This document shows, piece by piece, positions 17,442 to 25,477 of a stretch of DNA of 50,910 nucleotides. The position numbers and the translations under genes were made by a program. Under the pieces are notes generated by a model. That model ran no database searches and had not been told where the DNA came from. It worked only from the letters and a program-made list of their open reading frames with translations. Numbering within the stretch: position 1 is the first letter of the stretch; each line of letters opens with the position of its first letter. Origin of the DNA: Escherichia phage vB_EcoS-95; the sequence record NC_048132.1, one strand, 5' to 3'.

Positions 17442-18335
17442 ATGTTAAAACTTGCTGACATTAAATTCCCGATCACCTTCGAATCTCGCGGCATTGGTCA
17501 TTACATTTTTACCGATGAAAAAACATGCCATAAGGTTGATATGAATAGCGACAAACTAAGCCCATCAACAATGGAGATTGAACACTTTATTGATGCACAC
17601 AATACGCACTACAACGCCCTTAAAGACTATGGCTATGCAATGCCAGGCTACACATGTTTGCACTACAAGCCATATAAGGGCCAGGTGTTACCAGTTCGCT
17701 CACCGGAACGCGCAGAGATTCCGATGGTCAATATGAAAACCTGCGACTACAAAAAGCTGTGGTGCTTAAGTGTGGATAATATCAAGTATCCGATCACGTT
17801 CCACACGACTGGTAAGTCAACGATTCGCTACACATCGCGCGACAATGGCGTTTATAGCGATGGTACGAAATCAGAGTTGAAAGTTGATTTCTTTGTCAAC
17901 GGTCACAACAAATTCAATCCGCACAACGAAGAGGATAAAGTGTACTACGTGGAAGACATTACAAAACACTTGTTTGGAGAAACTCCATTCGGCGGCGGAA
18001 AGACGTCAATTCAAAAAATCATTGGCGAGGAGATCCACAAAGCGGTCGCCGAAATGAAAGCGCCTGGAGGCTGGCGTATTGATAAGAGCGCCTTTGCAAA
18101 TCAAGAAATCGTAACGCAGGGCGCGATTGAAGATATGCCAGTTGCAGCCACGCTAAAAGGAGTCAGGCTTGATGACGGCACCTGGTATGAATTAACGGCT
18201 ACACCAAAGACGATCGAAATTCATGATGATGTTGTTATTCTCCTACTCCACTACGGCGGCACTAAAAACCGGACTGTTGCGGGTGAGATCAGCATCAAGC
18301 GCGGAACGATGGTTAAGTGGAAGGTGAAGATTTGA
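17442..18335 (+). CDS. Hypothetical protein with internal tandem duplication
   Basis: DIKFPITFESRGIGHYIFTDEK repeated as NIKYPITFHTTGKSTIRYTSRD; 297 aa. Confidence 0.5.
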   Translation: MLKLADIKFPITFESRGIGHYIFTDEKTCHKVDMNSDKLSPSTMEIEHFIDAHNTHYNALKDYGYAMPGYTCLHYKPYKGQVLPVRSPERAEIPMVNMKTCDYKKLWCLSVDNIKYPITFHTTGKSTIRYTSRDNGVYSDGTKSELKVDFFVNGHNKFNPHNEEDKVYYVEDITKHLFGETPFGGGKTSIQKIIGEEIHKAVAEMKAPGGWRIDKSAFANQEIVTQGAIEDMPVAATLKGVRLDDGTWYELTATPKTIEIHDDVVILLLHYGGTKNRTVAGEISIKRGTMVKWKVKI

Positions 18336-18561
18336 GTTTGCTCACTGCGGCGCACGTCGCCGCATGGATCGGATTGTTTGCCTACCTGTTTAGCTTTTAT
18401 TGAGGTGAGAGATGACTACCTGGATTTTGCTGATTCTTATGATTGATGGCGGCGTTGACCATATCGAAATGAATAGCCAGCAATCTTGCATTGAGGCACG
18501 AGAGCAGATCAAGAACAACAACAGGTTTTATGTGTACACTCACACGCTATGTATTAAGAAA

Positions 18562-18603
18562 TAGCACTTTTTGTTAAAACTCAAATTTGGGGCCAGGTAT
18601 AAT
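18562..18603 (+). promoter_or_regulatory. Box promoter (hairpin GGGGCCAGG..GGCCC with TATAAT)
   Basis: Exact box overlapping stop of a small upstream ORF. Confidence 0.55.
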
Positions 18604-18633
18604 GGCCCTGCTTTCAACGAAGGAGATAAAACG

Positions 18634-18852
18634 ATGTACATTAAAAAGAAGATGAAATGCATTTCCGTTAACTATGCTTGCTCTGGCATGTTCAAGCCTG
18701 GCGAAATCTATACGGCGCAAAAACTGAAATCATCAACCGGATCTTTTTACGTGAGCAATAGTAAGGGGCATCGCATGTTCCTGAACGGCGGCGAAGGCAC
18801 TAAGGTTATGGCACACGCTATGGTAATGGCTGAATTTGAGGAGGTGAAATAA
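18634..18852 (+). CDS. Hypothetical protein, paralog of 18852-19097
   Basis: Start at MYIKKK (RBS AAGGAG); shared C-terminal motif FLNGGEGT...AEFEEV. Confidence 0.45.
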   Translation: MYIKKKMKCISVNYACSGMFKPGEIYTAQKLKSSTGSFYVSNSKGHRMFLNGGEGTKVMAHAMVMAEFEEVK

Positions 18853-19097
18853 TGATCATTGAAAACAACTTTCTTTGCGTTAAGAGCAATCGACCATTCT
18901 TCACGCCTGGCAAGGTGTACCAGGGCAAGAAGGACACAAGAGATGGTCACTCTTATCATGTTCACTGCAACAACGGATACAAGTTTTACCTTAACGGCGA
19001 GAATGGAACTGAGATCGTTGCGTTTGAAAACGTAGTTGCCGAGTTTGAGCAGGTTACAGACGCGGAATTTGAGGAAGTGAAAGATGAAAACAAATAA
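18852..19097 (+). CDS. Hypothetical protein, paralog of 18634-18852
   Basis: YLNGENGTEIVAFENVVAEFEQV; start overlaps upstream stop (ATGA). Confidence 0.45.
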   Translation: MIIENNFLCVKSNRPFFTPGKVYQGKKDTRDGHSYHVHCNNGYKFYLNGENGTEIVAFENVVAEFEQVTDAEFEEVKDENK

Positions 19098-19305
19098 GCG
19101 CGTCAAGTACAGGTTTACTGATAACCACGGCGACGCGATTGATGTATACAAGTTCGGCGATCGCGTGTTTATTGATGGCACGTTTGAAGGTGGGCGTAGG
19201 CCGGATTTTAGGTCGATACTTACCGTTGACCAAGTGCGCAAGCTGGCAGATAAGTTAAATGATCTGGCAGATGAAATAGAATACAAGCAAATACATTTTA
19301 ATTGA
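19084..19305 (+). CDS. Hypothetical protein
   Basis: 73-aa ORF. Confidence 0.35.
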   Translation: MKTNKRVKYRFTDNHGDAIDVYKFGDRVFIDGTFEGGRRPDFRSILTVDQVRKLADKLNDLADEIEYKQIHFN

Positions 19306-19316
19306 TAGGTTTGATA

Positions 19317-20027
19317 ATGAAAAAATACACTTTCGAACTGTGGGGCAAGAAGTACGAATTAATCACCAGCAAGCCGATTGTTATCGTTGACCTGGACGGC
19401 ACACTATCGGACGGATCGCATCGTTTGCACTTGCTGCCAACTGAAAACTTGCACCTTACGGAATCTTGGCGCGAGTTTAACAGGTCCGCCGCCGGAGATT
19501 CACCTATTAAAAGCACGATCGCGGTTATTAACGGTTTGTGGGTGTCTGGATTTGCCATCGTCATCTTGACCGGACGCAGCGACGAGGTTCGCTATGAAAC
19601 CTGCAAATGGTTGAATGAGAACGGCGTGAAGTTTGACGAAATCATCATGCGCCGCCAGGAGGACAACCGAAAGGATACGGTTATTAAAGAAGAAGCCTTG
19701 CGCGCTATTGGCCTGGACAACATTGTTTGCGCCTTTGACGATTCGCCGAACGTGGTTAAGCACTTCCGCAGCTTGGGGATCACAACCTATCAGGTCACGG
19801 AATACGACAAGCCACACGCTCACATACAATCTCACGGCGTGGAATCAATCAAGATAACGAAGCGCGCCCGATTCGTTGGCAGCAAAGATAGCCTTGTCAA
19901 TGCCAGCTTTACCAGAGGAATAGCATATGACGTTGTTTCTTATCATGACAAGAGTTTTATAGTTCATGATGATTCTGGATGCGCATGGTCATTCAATCAT
20001 AGTGACGGCGATTTTGTTAATGCGTAA
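19317..20027 (+). CDS. HAD-superfamily phosphatase (nucleotidase or polynucleotide 3'-phosphatase-like)
   Basis: HAD motif I VIVDLDGTLSDG; later FDDSP motif; start at MKKYTFELW. Confidence 0.5.
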   Translation: MKKYTFELWGKKYELITSKPIVIVDLDGTLSDGSHRLHLLPTENLHLTESWREFNRSAAGDSPIKSTIAVINGLWVSGFAIVILTGRSDEVRYETCKWLNENGVKFDEIIMRRQEDNRKDTVIKEEALRAIGLDNIVCAFDDSPNVVKHFRSLGITTYQVTEYDKPHAHIQSHGVESIKITKRARFVGSKDSLVNASFTRGIAYDVVSYHDKSFIVHDDSGCAWSFNHSDGDFVNA

Positions 20028-20070
20028 TAGCACTTTTTGTTAAAACATCTCAACGGGCTTGCGGTATAGT
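20028..20070 (+). promoter_or_regulatory. Box promoter (hairpin GGGCTTGCGGTATAGTAAGCCC; -10-like TATAGT; leader CATCAACAACAAACGAGGA)
   Basis: Exact box directly after stop TAA. Confidence 0.6.
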
Positions 20071-20101
20071 AAGCCCATCAACAACAAACGAGGATTAAAT
20101 C

Positions 20102-20365
20102 ATGGCTAACAAGATCGAATTTTTTAAAGCGGTAGACATTATTGATGGCGCGCCTAGCTTCTTTGCGATCCATTCTATTGACGGCAAGGATATTGGGTAC
20201 AACGTTATCCGTCGAGATGGAATATCAAAACTTAGTGACCTGGTAGGCCATATTGTGTCAATCGGGAAATGCGCATGGCCCGATTCGCCACGAGAGCCGC
20301 GCCGCCGCGACATGATTAATCCTGAATTGCTTTACACGCTGGTAGTAGAGGGAGAAAATAAATGA
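20102..20365 (+). CDS. Hypothetical protein
   Basis: 87-aa ORF. Confidence 0.4.
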   Translation: MANKIEFFKAVDIIDGAPSFFAIHSIDGKDIGYNVIRRDGISKLSDLVGHIVSIGKCAWPDSPREPRRRDMINPELLYTLVVEGENK

Positions 20366-20547
20366 TTTGGTTACTTGCTTTTTTGGTTGTTTTTCTTTAC
20401 ATTTCAGGCTTGTTTACGTTCCGCGCGTTGGTGAAATATTCTGACGCGACAGACAAAGACGATAAAATCGTTCTCGCTTTCTGGTTTGTTTGGGTGTGGT
20501 TAGCAATTTACGAGATCATCAGAGACAAACAGAAATTTGAGTGGTGA
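20362..20547 (+). CDS. Small membrane protein (two predicted TMDs)
   Basis: MIWLLAFLVVFLYISGLFTF ... LAFWFVWVWLAIY hydrophobic segments. Confidence 0.4.
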   Translation: MIWLLAFLVVFLYISGLFTFRALVKYSDATDKDDKIVLAFWFVWVWLAIYEIIRDKQKFEW

Positions 20548-20604
20548 TTCTTGCTATGGCGCATTCATGCAGTGCGCCATGTTGAGAAAACCTAAAGGGG
20601 GGAA

Positions 20605-20748
20605 ATGATGCGTAACTTTGAAAAAATCATTACCAAAAAGAAGCGTCGCGGGTACGATGAGCATGTGGAGTTTGTGAACAAGCAGCGCAAGAAGCGCCAT
20701 AGACGCGAAATGCTGCATAATATCAACTCACGCTATGGAGGAAACTAA
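20605..20748 (+). CDS. Small basic protein (47 aa), not in ORF track
   Basis: ATG preceded by GGGGGGAA; Lys/Arg-rich (KKKRRGY...KQRKKRHRRE). Confidence 0.3.
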   Translation: MMRNFEKIITKKKRRGYDEHVEFVNKQRKKRHRREMLHNINSRYGGN

Positions 20749-20940
20749 ATGCAATTGCCACCATTTAACGAAAAAAGCGAAGAGATTGCCAAAACTGCAT
20801 GTCACCTTCGAGAGCTTGCCGACATGATAGAGCGCGGTCAGGTTATGATTGTCAATATGACGATTAAAAGCGAGAATAGAAATTTCAAGGTTTTAAGCGA
20901 GACAACAGAAATTACTGTGTTGAAAGCAATGGGAGAATAA
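20749..20940 (+). CDS. Hypothetical protein
   Basis: 63-aa ORF with RBS GGAGG. Confidence 0.4.
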   Translation: MQLPPFNEKSEEIAKTACHLRELADMIERGQVMIVNMTIKSENRNFKVLSETTEITVLKAMGE

Positions 20941-20942
20941 TC

Positions 20943-21533
20943 ATGAAACGAGACATTATTATCCTTAATGGGCCGCCTGGCTGTGGAAAGGACACTATTG
21001 CAGCTTACCTAACGGGCCATCGTTACCCAGCGGTTAAGGCGTCATTCAAACAGCCGATGTTCGATATTGCGTTTTCCATGCTGGGCGTGTACCGATACGA
21101 TGAATTTATGGACCTGTACAACGACCGAGAACAAAAAGAAAAGCCTCAAGTTATTTTGGGCGGCAAGTCACCTCGACAATTCATGATCTGGATTAGCGAG
21201 GATGTAATGAAGCCAGTTTTTGGAGATCACTATTTCGGGCGTCGAATGGTTGAAGAGATTCACGAGATGTACCGAGATTTGGCGGTTGTGATCAGTGATG
21301 GCGGATTCCCCGAAGAAATCAAGCCGCTGGTTAAGGCAGGGCATGAAGTGCATATTTGCAGATTGCATCGCGACGGCTTCACGTTTGCTGGCGATTCGAG
21401 AGACTACATTGACCTGAGCGGTTATCACTATCGAATCCATCACTATGATTTCCACTTGCAGGACGGCAAGCCAGATCTGGCTGTAAACGAGATCGTCAAT
21501 ACGGTCAAATGGAAGCACACACAGATTAAATAG
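20943..21533 (+). CDS. P-loop kinase, deoxynucleoside monophosphate kinase-like
   Basis: N-terminal Walker A ILNGPPGCGKDT resembling phage dNMP kinases; 196 aa. Confidence 0.45.
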   Translation: MKRDIIILNGPPGCGKDTIAAYLTGHRYPAVKASFKQPMFDIAFSMLGVYRYDEFMDLYNDREQKEKPQVILGGKSPRQFMIWISEDVMKPVFGDHYFGRRMVEEIHEMYRDLAVVISDGGFPEEIKPLVKAGHEVHICRLHRDGFTFAGDSRDYIDLSGYHYRIHHYDFHLQDGKPDLAVNEIVNTVKWKHTQIK

Positions 21534-21573
21534 CACGAATTGCTAAACGCGGGGTTATCGGCCCCGCTATAAT
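21531..21573 (+). promoter_or_regulatory. Box promoter variant (TAGCACGAATTGCTAAAC; hairpin CGGGGTTATCGGCCCCG; TATAAT)
   Basis: Box overlaps stop TAG; leader CACATCAACAATCAAGAGG. Confidence 0.5.
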
Positions 21574-21603
21574 GCTCACATCAACAATCAAGAGGAAATC
21601 ACA

Positions 21604-21984
21604 ATGGTTAACATTCGAAAAATTCGCGTCGGCACTAAATTCTTAGTTACTTACGCAATTCCAGATAGCGGAATGAAGAAGGGCCAGATTGTTAAGGTTG
21701 ATAGCAAAAGATTCGGAATCCCTGGTATCAATGGCTATCTAATCAATAGAGATCTTGGATTCGACGGCTTCGCTATCCGTGCGCTTGAGGGTATTGTTGC
21801 CACTCTTAAACGAATCACTAATCATCGCGGCTGCCCAATCAAGACGATTAAAGCGCCAATAAATTACGGCAAACTGGATAATCGTCGAATCCGCCGCCTG
21901 GCGCGTAACGCGTTAAAATTCCGTGGCGTAGGCGATGATTTCTACTATGGATACAAGAGGATTGCGCGCAATGCTGGGAAATAA
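21604..21984 (+). CDS. Hypothetical protein
   Basis: 126-aa basic ORF. Confidence 0.4.
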   Translation: MVNIRKIRVGTKFLVTYAIPDSGMKKGQIVKVDSKRFGIPGINGYLINRDLGFDGFAIRALEGIVATLKRITNHRGCPIKTIKAPINYGKLDNRRIRRLARNALKFRGVGDDFYYGYKRIARNAGK

Positions 21985-22083
21985 CAATAACGCAACGAAT
22001 CCTAAGCCACCTTTTGATTTTCATTACGCAATGATTGCGGTATTATCAATGCTACTTTTTCTTTATAGCATGAGGGCGCTACT

Positions 22084-22332
22084 ATGGTTTTTAACGCATT
22101 GAAACGACTGTTTAAGCCGGAATACCGGATCGTATTTTGCCGCGACTGTTCTACTTATCATGTGCAGCGACGCAGCTTAGGCGGAAATTGGCACTATGTT
22201 ACAGACGACTTTTTCGGCATCATTGCCACTGAGTTTAAGTATTACAGTGATGCTTATATGTACGTGAAGAAGCGCCACCGCTTACGCAAGTGTCGTTTTT
22301 CCGTGCCGATTCACGTTAATGATTGTTACTGA
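22084..22332 (+). CDS. Hypothetical protein
   Basis: 82-aa ORF. Confidence 0.35.
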   Translation: MVFNALKRLFKPEYRIVFCRDCSTYHVQRRSLGGNWHYVTDDFFGIIATEFKYYSDAYMYVKKRHRLRKCRFSVPIHVNDCY

Positions 22333-22339
22333 GGTGAAA

Positions 22340-22522
22340 ATGAAAACTGGTATTATTATTCTTTTCCTGATCCTTTTCGGTAGCCATTTAACCATTAACT
22401 ATGAGGGCATTATGGCCTTTTGGGGCAACTTGATGATTTTTGCCGCTGGTTCAATTACTGGCTACTCTGACGGGAAAAAGGACGGCGTTCGCAAGATGCT
22501 GATGGGACTTAAACAAAAATAA
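22340..22522 (+). CDS. Small membrane protein
   Basis: MKTGIIILFLILFGSHL hydrophobic N-terminus; trimmed from track 22319. Confidence 0.35.
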   Translation: MKTGIIILFLILFGSHLTINYEGIMAFWGNLMIFAAGSITGYSDGKKDGVRKMLMGLKQK

Positions 22523-22533
22523 GGGGATCTGAA

Positions 22534-22824
22534 ATGGCAAACAAAACTTACCGCAAACTACTGGTTAACGCTTTTGAAAACATCGCGCAGTCTAACAAGT
22601 GGAACGACTCTAAACACTCGCCAGTCACAATGAAGCGCGTCGGATTCAAAAATGCTCGTTCATGGGCGCGAGCTTTCGCAGCTTGCTATATGCCGGATGG
22701 TGGACTAGGAGCGATGAACGATTTTTTGATCAACATGATAGAGGAAGCTGCGCGAGAGGATCGACCGCTGACACAGCGAGATTTTGACGACTTCGCGCGC
22801 GATGAGCTTTACTATCTGAGCTAA
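22534..22824 (+). CDS. Hypothetical protein
   Basis: 96-aa ORF; stop followed by box. Confidence 0.4.
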   Translation: MANKTYRKLLVNAFENIAQSNKWNDSKHSPVTMKRVGFKNARSWARAFAACYMPDGGLGAMNDFLINMIEEAAREDRPLTQRDFDDFARDELYYLS

Positions 22825-22867
22825 TAGCACTTTTTGTTAAAACTTCCGCAAGGGCATTTGATAAAGT
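22825..22867 (+). promoter_or_regulatory. Box promoter (hairpin GGGCATTTGATAAAGTGCCC)
   Basis: Exact box immediately after stop TAA. Confidence 0.55.
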
Positions 22868-22899
22868 GCCCTTATTGAAGCGAAACAGAGGAAAGCGCA

Positions 22900-23112
22900 A
22901 TGAAAATCAAAATCACCAAAATCGACACCATCAACGGCGACGGATCAATCACTCTTGAGCAATGCGGTTTGGTTGTTGGTGATGTGCTGGAAGTTGATGG
23001 ACATTTCAGCGACGGATCTTATTGTGTTATTGCGCCGCGTAACAGCGAGTTTATCAAGGCTGGCGACAATATTAGTGTTAACCATGACGAATGCGAGGTA
23101 GTAGAAGAATGA
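22900..23112 (+). CDS. Hypothetical acidic protein
   Basis: 70-aa ORF, RBS GAGGAAAG. Confidence 0.4.
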   Translation: MKIKITKIDTINGDGSITLEQCGLVVGDVLEVDGHFSDGSYCVIAPRNSEFIKAGDNISVNHDECEVVEE

Positions 23113-23372
23113 TCACGATTAACCTGTCAGAGCAGCAAGCGCGCATTATGTTGTCGGCCTTCGGTTGGCGAGACAATGACGGTTTACAGGCCACAGTTAA
23201 AATTTATGAGCCAGTGGCGCGTGAAGTTTTCAGCCAGCTAGAACACGCATTTGATCCTGCTGGGACTGAGCAAGCGGAAACTGCCGCATGGTTCGGAGAG
23301 AACGGATACAGAGATCAGCAAGTCGAAAACTGGAAGCGCATAAACGAGACTATGGAGGAATCAGGTTTATGA
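23109..23372 (+). CDS. Hypothetical protein
   Basis: Trimmed to MITINLSEQ. Confidence 0.35.
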   Translation: MITINLSEQQARIMLSAFGWRDNDGLQATVKIYEPVAREVFSQLEHAFDPAGTEQAETAAWFGENGYRDQQVENWKRINETMEESGL

Positions 23373-23683
23373 TTTACATTCACTACTACCAAATAGGAAC
23401 TAACGAGAACAAAAAAGAGCATCGTTTCATCCACGATGATCTGGACAAGGCAAAGGCCCAGCAACAGGTTTTAGGCGGCGTCATTCAGGCTTTTGAGCCT
23501 GTAGAAGATATTGAGTACCGCGAGCATTTAAAAGATGTTGTTATTGATGAGATCTCTTGCTTGATTGATGATATGACAAATCACGGCCCTGGTTCCCCGT
23601 GGGAAGACGCAGGATCTGTAACGTGGGACAAGGCCAAAATTAAGACGCTAAACAACTTTCGAGAGATTCTCGACGGTTTTTAA
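23369..23683 (+). CDS. Hypothetical protein
   Basis: Start MIYIHYYQ with RBS GGAGG, ATGA overlap with upstream stop. Confidence 0.4.
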   Translation: MIYIHYYQIGTNENKKEHRFIHDDLDKAKAQQQVLGGVIQAFEPVEDIEYREHLKDVVIDEISCLIDDMTNHGPGSPWEDAGSVTWDKAKIKTLNNFREILDGF

Positions 23684-23753
23684 TTAAAAACGCATAGCCG
23701 TTAGAGCGCCTCAATCGCATTCTAACGAGCTATTTTTCTGGTAAGGTGATTTA

Positions 23754-23882
23754 ATGGATGAGTACAAACAACCTTCGCAGTGGTGCAAAGAGAAGCAAGA
23801 AGAGGCACTGGAGCGCGGAGATGTGGAAGAAGCTATGAACTATTTCAAACTTGCGGAAGAATGGAAGGGGAGAGGATACTGA
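23754..23882 (+). CDS. Small hypothetical protein (42 aa), not in ORF track
   Basis: MDEYKQPSQWCKEKQEEALERGDVEEAMNYFKLAEEWKGRGY; stop overlaps next ATG. Confidence 0.3.
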   Translation: MDEYKQPSQWCKEKQEEALERGDVEEAMNYFKLAEEWKGRGY

Positions 23883-24112
23883 TGTTCGGCATGAATGAGG
23901 CGCAATTCAACGCAGCTAAACGCCAGGCTAAAAAGTGCGGCGAGGCGATGAAAGCGGATGTGGAAAAGCGCGGGAAGTATGTTGATGAAGTAATGAAGGG
24001 CATCATTGCAGAACACTACCAGCCAATCGCGCCAATGTTGACGATCACTCAATTCATTTGGCTATGTGGTTACTTGCGTGGACGTTGGGGGAACGCTTTC
24101 GACAGGGAATGA
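23882..24112 (+). CDS. Hypothetical protein
   Basis: Trimmed to MFGMNEAQF with RBS GGAGAGGA. Confidence 0.4.
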   Translation: MFGMNEAQFNAAKRQAKKCGEAMKADVEKRGKYVDEVMKGIIAEHYQPIAPMLTITQFIWLCGYLRGRWGNAFDRE

Positions 24113-24274
24113 TTGACAACTCTTTCCTGATTGGTTAGCATGGAGTCGTTTACATAAGAGCGGCTTAGTCCGAACGCGTGACGCGATAGTCACACAACAA
24201 CGGCGATATGCAGGAGGTTTTTGCAATGCAAAATAATCCGTAAGACGTATCGCCTTTTTTAATGGAGATTCAAA

Positions 24275-24508
24275 ATGATCAAATACAAATTAACCGTTTC
24301 TTTCCGTGATACCGTTATTCATCCTTTCTACAATAGCTTTGTTAACAGCTTTACAGTAGAAGTTACAGAGGATCAGCTAGACGGTGACGAAACTTGCATT
24401 TCTATTGGAAATGTTGCTTACCCGATTCACAACATTACCAGCATTAAGCGTGAGGTTGTCGCTGATGAATTACAAAGTGAAGATGACGATCCGGCGAATG
24501 GGGCGTAA
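24275..24508 (+). CDS. Hypothetical acidic protein
   Basis: 77-aa ORF with RBS GGAG. Confidence 0.4.
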   Translation: MIKYKLTVSFRDTVIHPFYNSFVNSFTVEVTEDQLDGDETCISIGNVAYPIHNITSIKREVVADELQSEDDDPANGA

Positions 24509-24646
24509 TTGCCAATCATGCAAACAGGAATATGAATGCGTAGTTGATGCTCTTGATGAACTGGAAGCAGTAGCAAAAGCAAAAGAGCAATCGGGCGCTA
24601 ATCCTGAAACACATCAATTTTCAATTAACCTTGTGAGGGCTTTACA

Positions 24647-24871
24647 ATGATCGCATCATCTTTCTGCATTGGTTTTATCATGGCTATCATTATCTTTTCC
24701 GTTGTCATGCGCTTTGCTTATAAGTTCGTTATTAATAAAGGTTGGTACGCTTCTGCAATCTGGAGCGAAAAACAAAAGAAATGGCTTGTACGTGGTCAAT
24801 ACCTGATGATCGGTAGCAAGATCCTAAATTCCATTCGAGCCAAAGATGGGAAAGTAAAATATACAGCTTAA
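24647..24871 (+). CDS. Small membrane protein
   Basis: IASSFCIGFIMAIIIFSVVM TMD; 74 aa. Confidence 0.4.
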   Translation: MIASSFCIGFIMAIIIFSVVMRFAYKFVINKGWYASAIWSEKQKKWLVRGQYLMIGSKILNSIRAKDGKVKYTA

Positions 24872-24877
24872 AAATCA

Positions 24878-24899
24878 CCCGCCGCACGGCGGGTTTTTT
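24878..24899 (+). terminator. Rho-independent terminator at the end of the early region
   Basis: Hairpin CCCGCCG-CA-CGGCGGG followed by TTTTTT. Confidence 0.6.
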
Positions 24900-24912
24900 A
24901 TTGCCCGTTGTC

Positions 24913-24921
24913 TGGTATAAT
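24913..24921 (+). promoter_or_regulatory. Extended -10 promoter candidate (TGGTATAAT) for the packaging/structural operon
   Basis: TGnTATAAT match 29 bp upstream of TerS ATG; no clear -35. Confidence 0.4.
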
Positions 24922-24949
24922 CAGGCATCTAACAAAAGGAGGATTAACA

Positions 24950-25477
24950 ATGGCTAAAAATGTTGAGCCTGCTGTAAAGGCATTAAATTTCAAAGAGTTA
25001 TACAATAAAACTTATGGCGATATTGTTACGCTGAACAACCGCCACAAGTACACGCCGGAACAGGTTTTTGATATGGCGATCCGCTATTTCACGTGGGCAG
25101 AAGAGAATCACATCCAGGCGGCTGAAACTGCTTCCTTTCAGGGTGACGTGTACGAGAGCAGAGTTTACAAGCCTCGCGTTTTCACGGTAAACGGATTCAG
25201 CTTGTATCTCGGCGTGACTGAGGCTGCCGTAAGCAAATGGCGTAAAGAGCCTGGATTCTGCGATGTGATGGAGTTTGTTGATAAAGTAATTTACGAGCAA
25301 AAATTCCAGCTTGCGGCAAATAACATGATTAACGCTGGATTTATCGGTAAAGAGATCGGAGTAGAGAAGCCAGCAACAGTGAGCGTTGAAGCGAGCGCGG
25401 CAGCTAATGCAAGCATTGACGCAGTAACTGCCGATGAGGTGAAAGAGGCTGTGATTGATATTCTGGAGCAACTTTAA
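24950..25477 (+). CDS. Terminase small subunit
   Basis: Position upstream of TerL; HTH-like FTVNGFSLYLGVTEAAVSKW; start at MAKNVEP with RBS AAGGAGG. Confidence 0.6.
   Translation: MAKNVEPAVKALNFKELYNKTYGDIVTLNNRHKYTPEQVFDMAIRYFTWAEENHIQAAETASFQGDVYESRVYKPRVFTVNGFSLYLGVTEAAVSKWRKEPGFCDVMEFVDKVIYEQKFQLAANNMINAGFIGKEIGVEKPATVSVEASAAANASIDAVTADEVKEAVIDILEQL

Noticed and set aside
4371-22867. Box plus hairpin as rho-independent terminators of the upstream genes
   Set aside because: The hairpins are followed by an A-rich -10-like hexamer rather than a U-tract; true terminators elsewhere in the window have clear T-runs.
24384-24650. 88-aa ORF overlapping 24275-24508 in another frame
   Set aside because: Most of it overlaps a better-supported ORF; a shorter CxxC-containing product from an internal ATG (about 24498) is possible but could not be supported.
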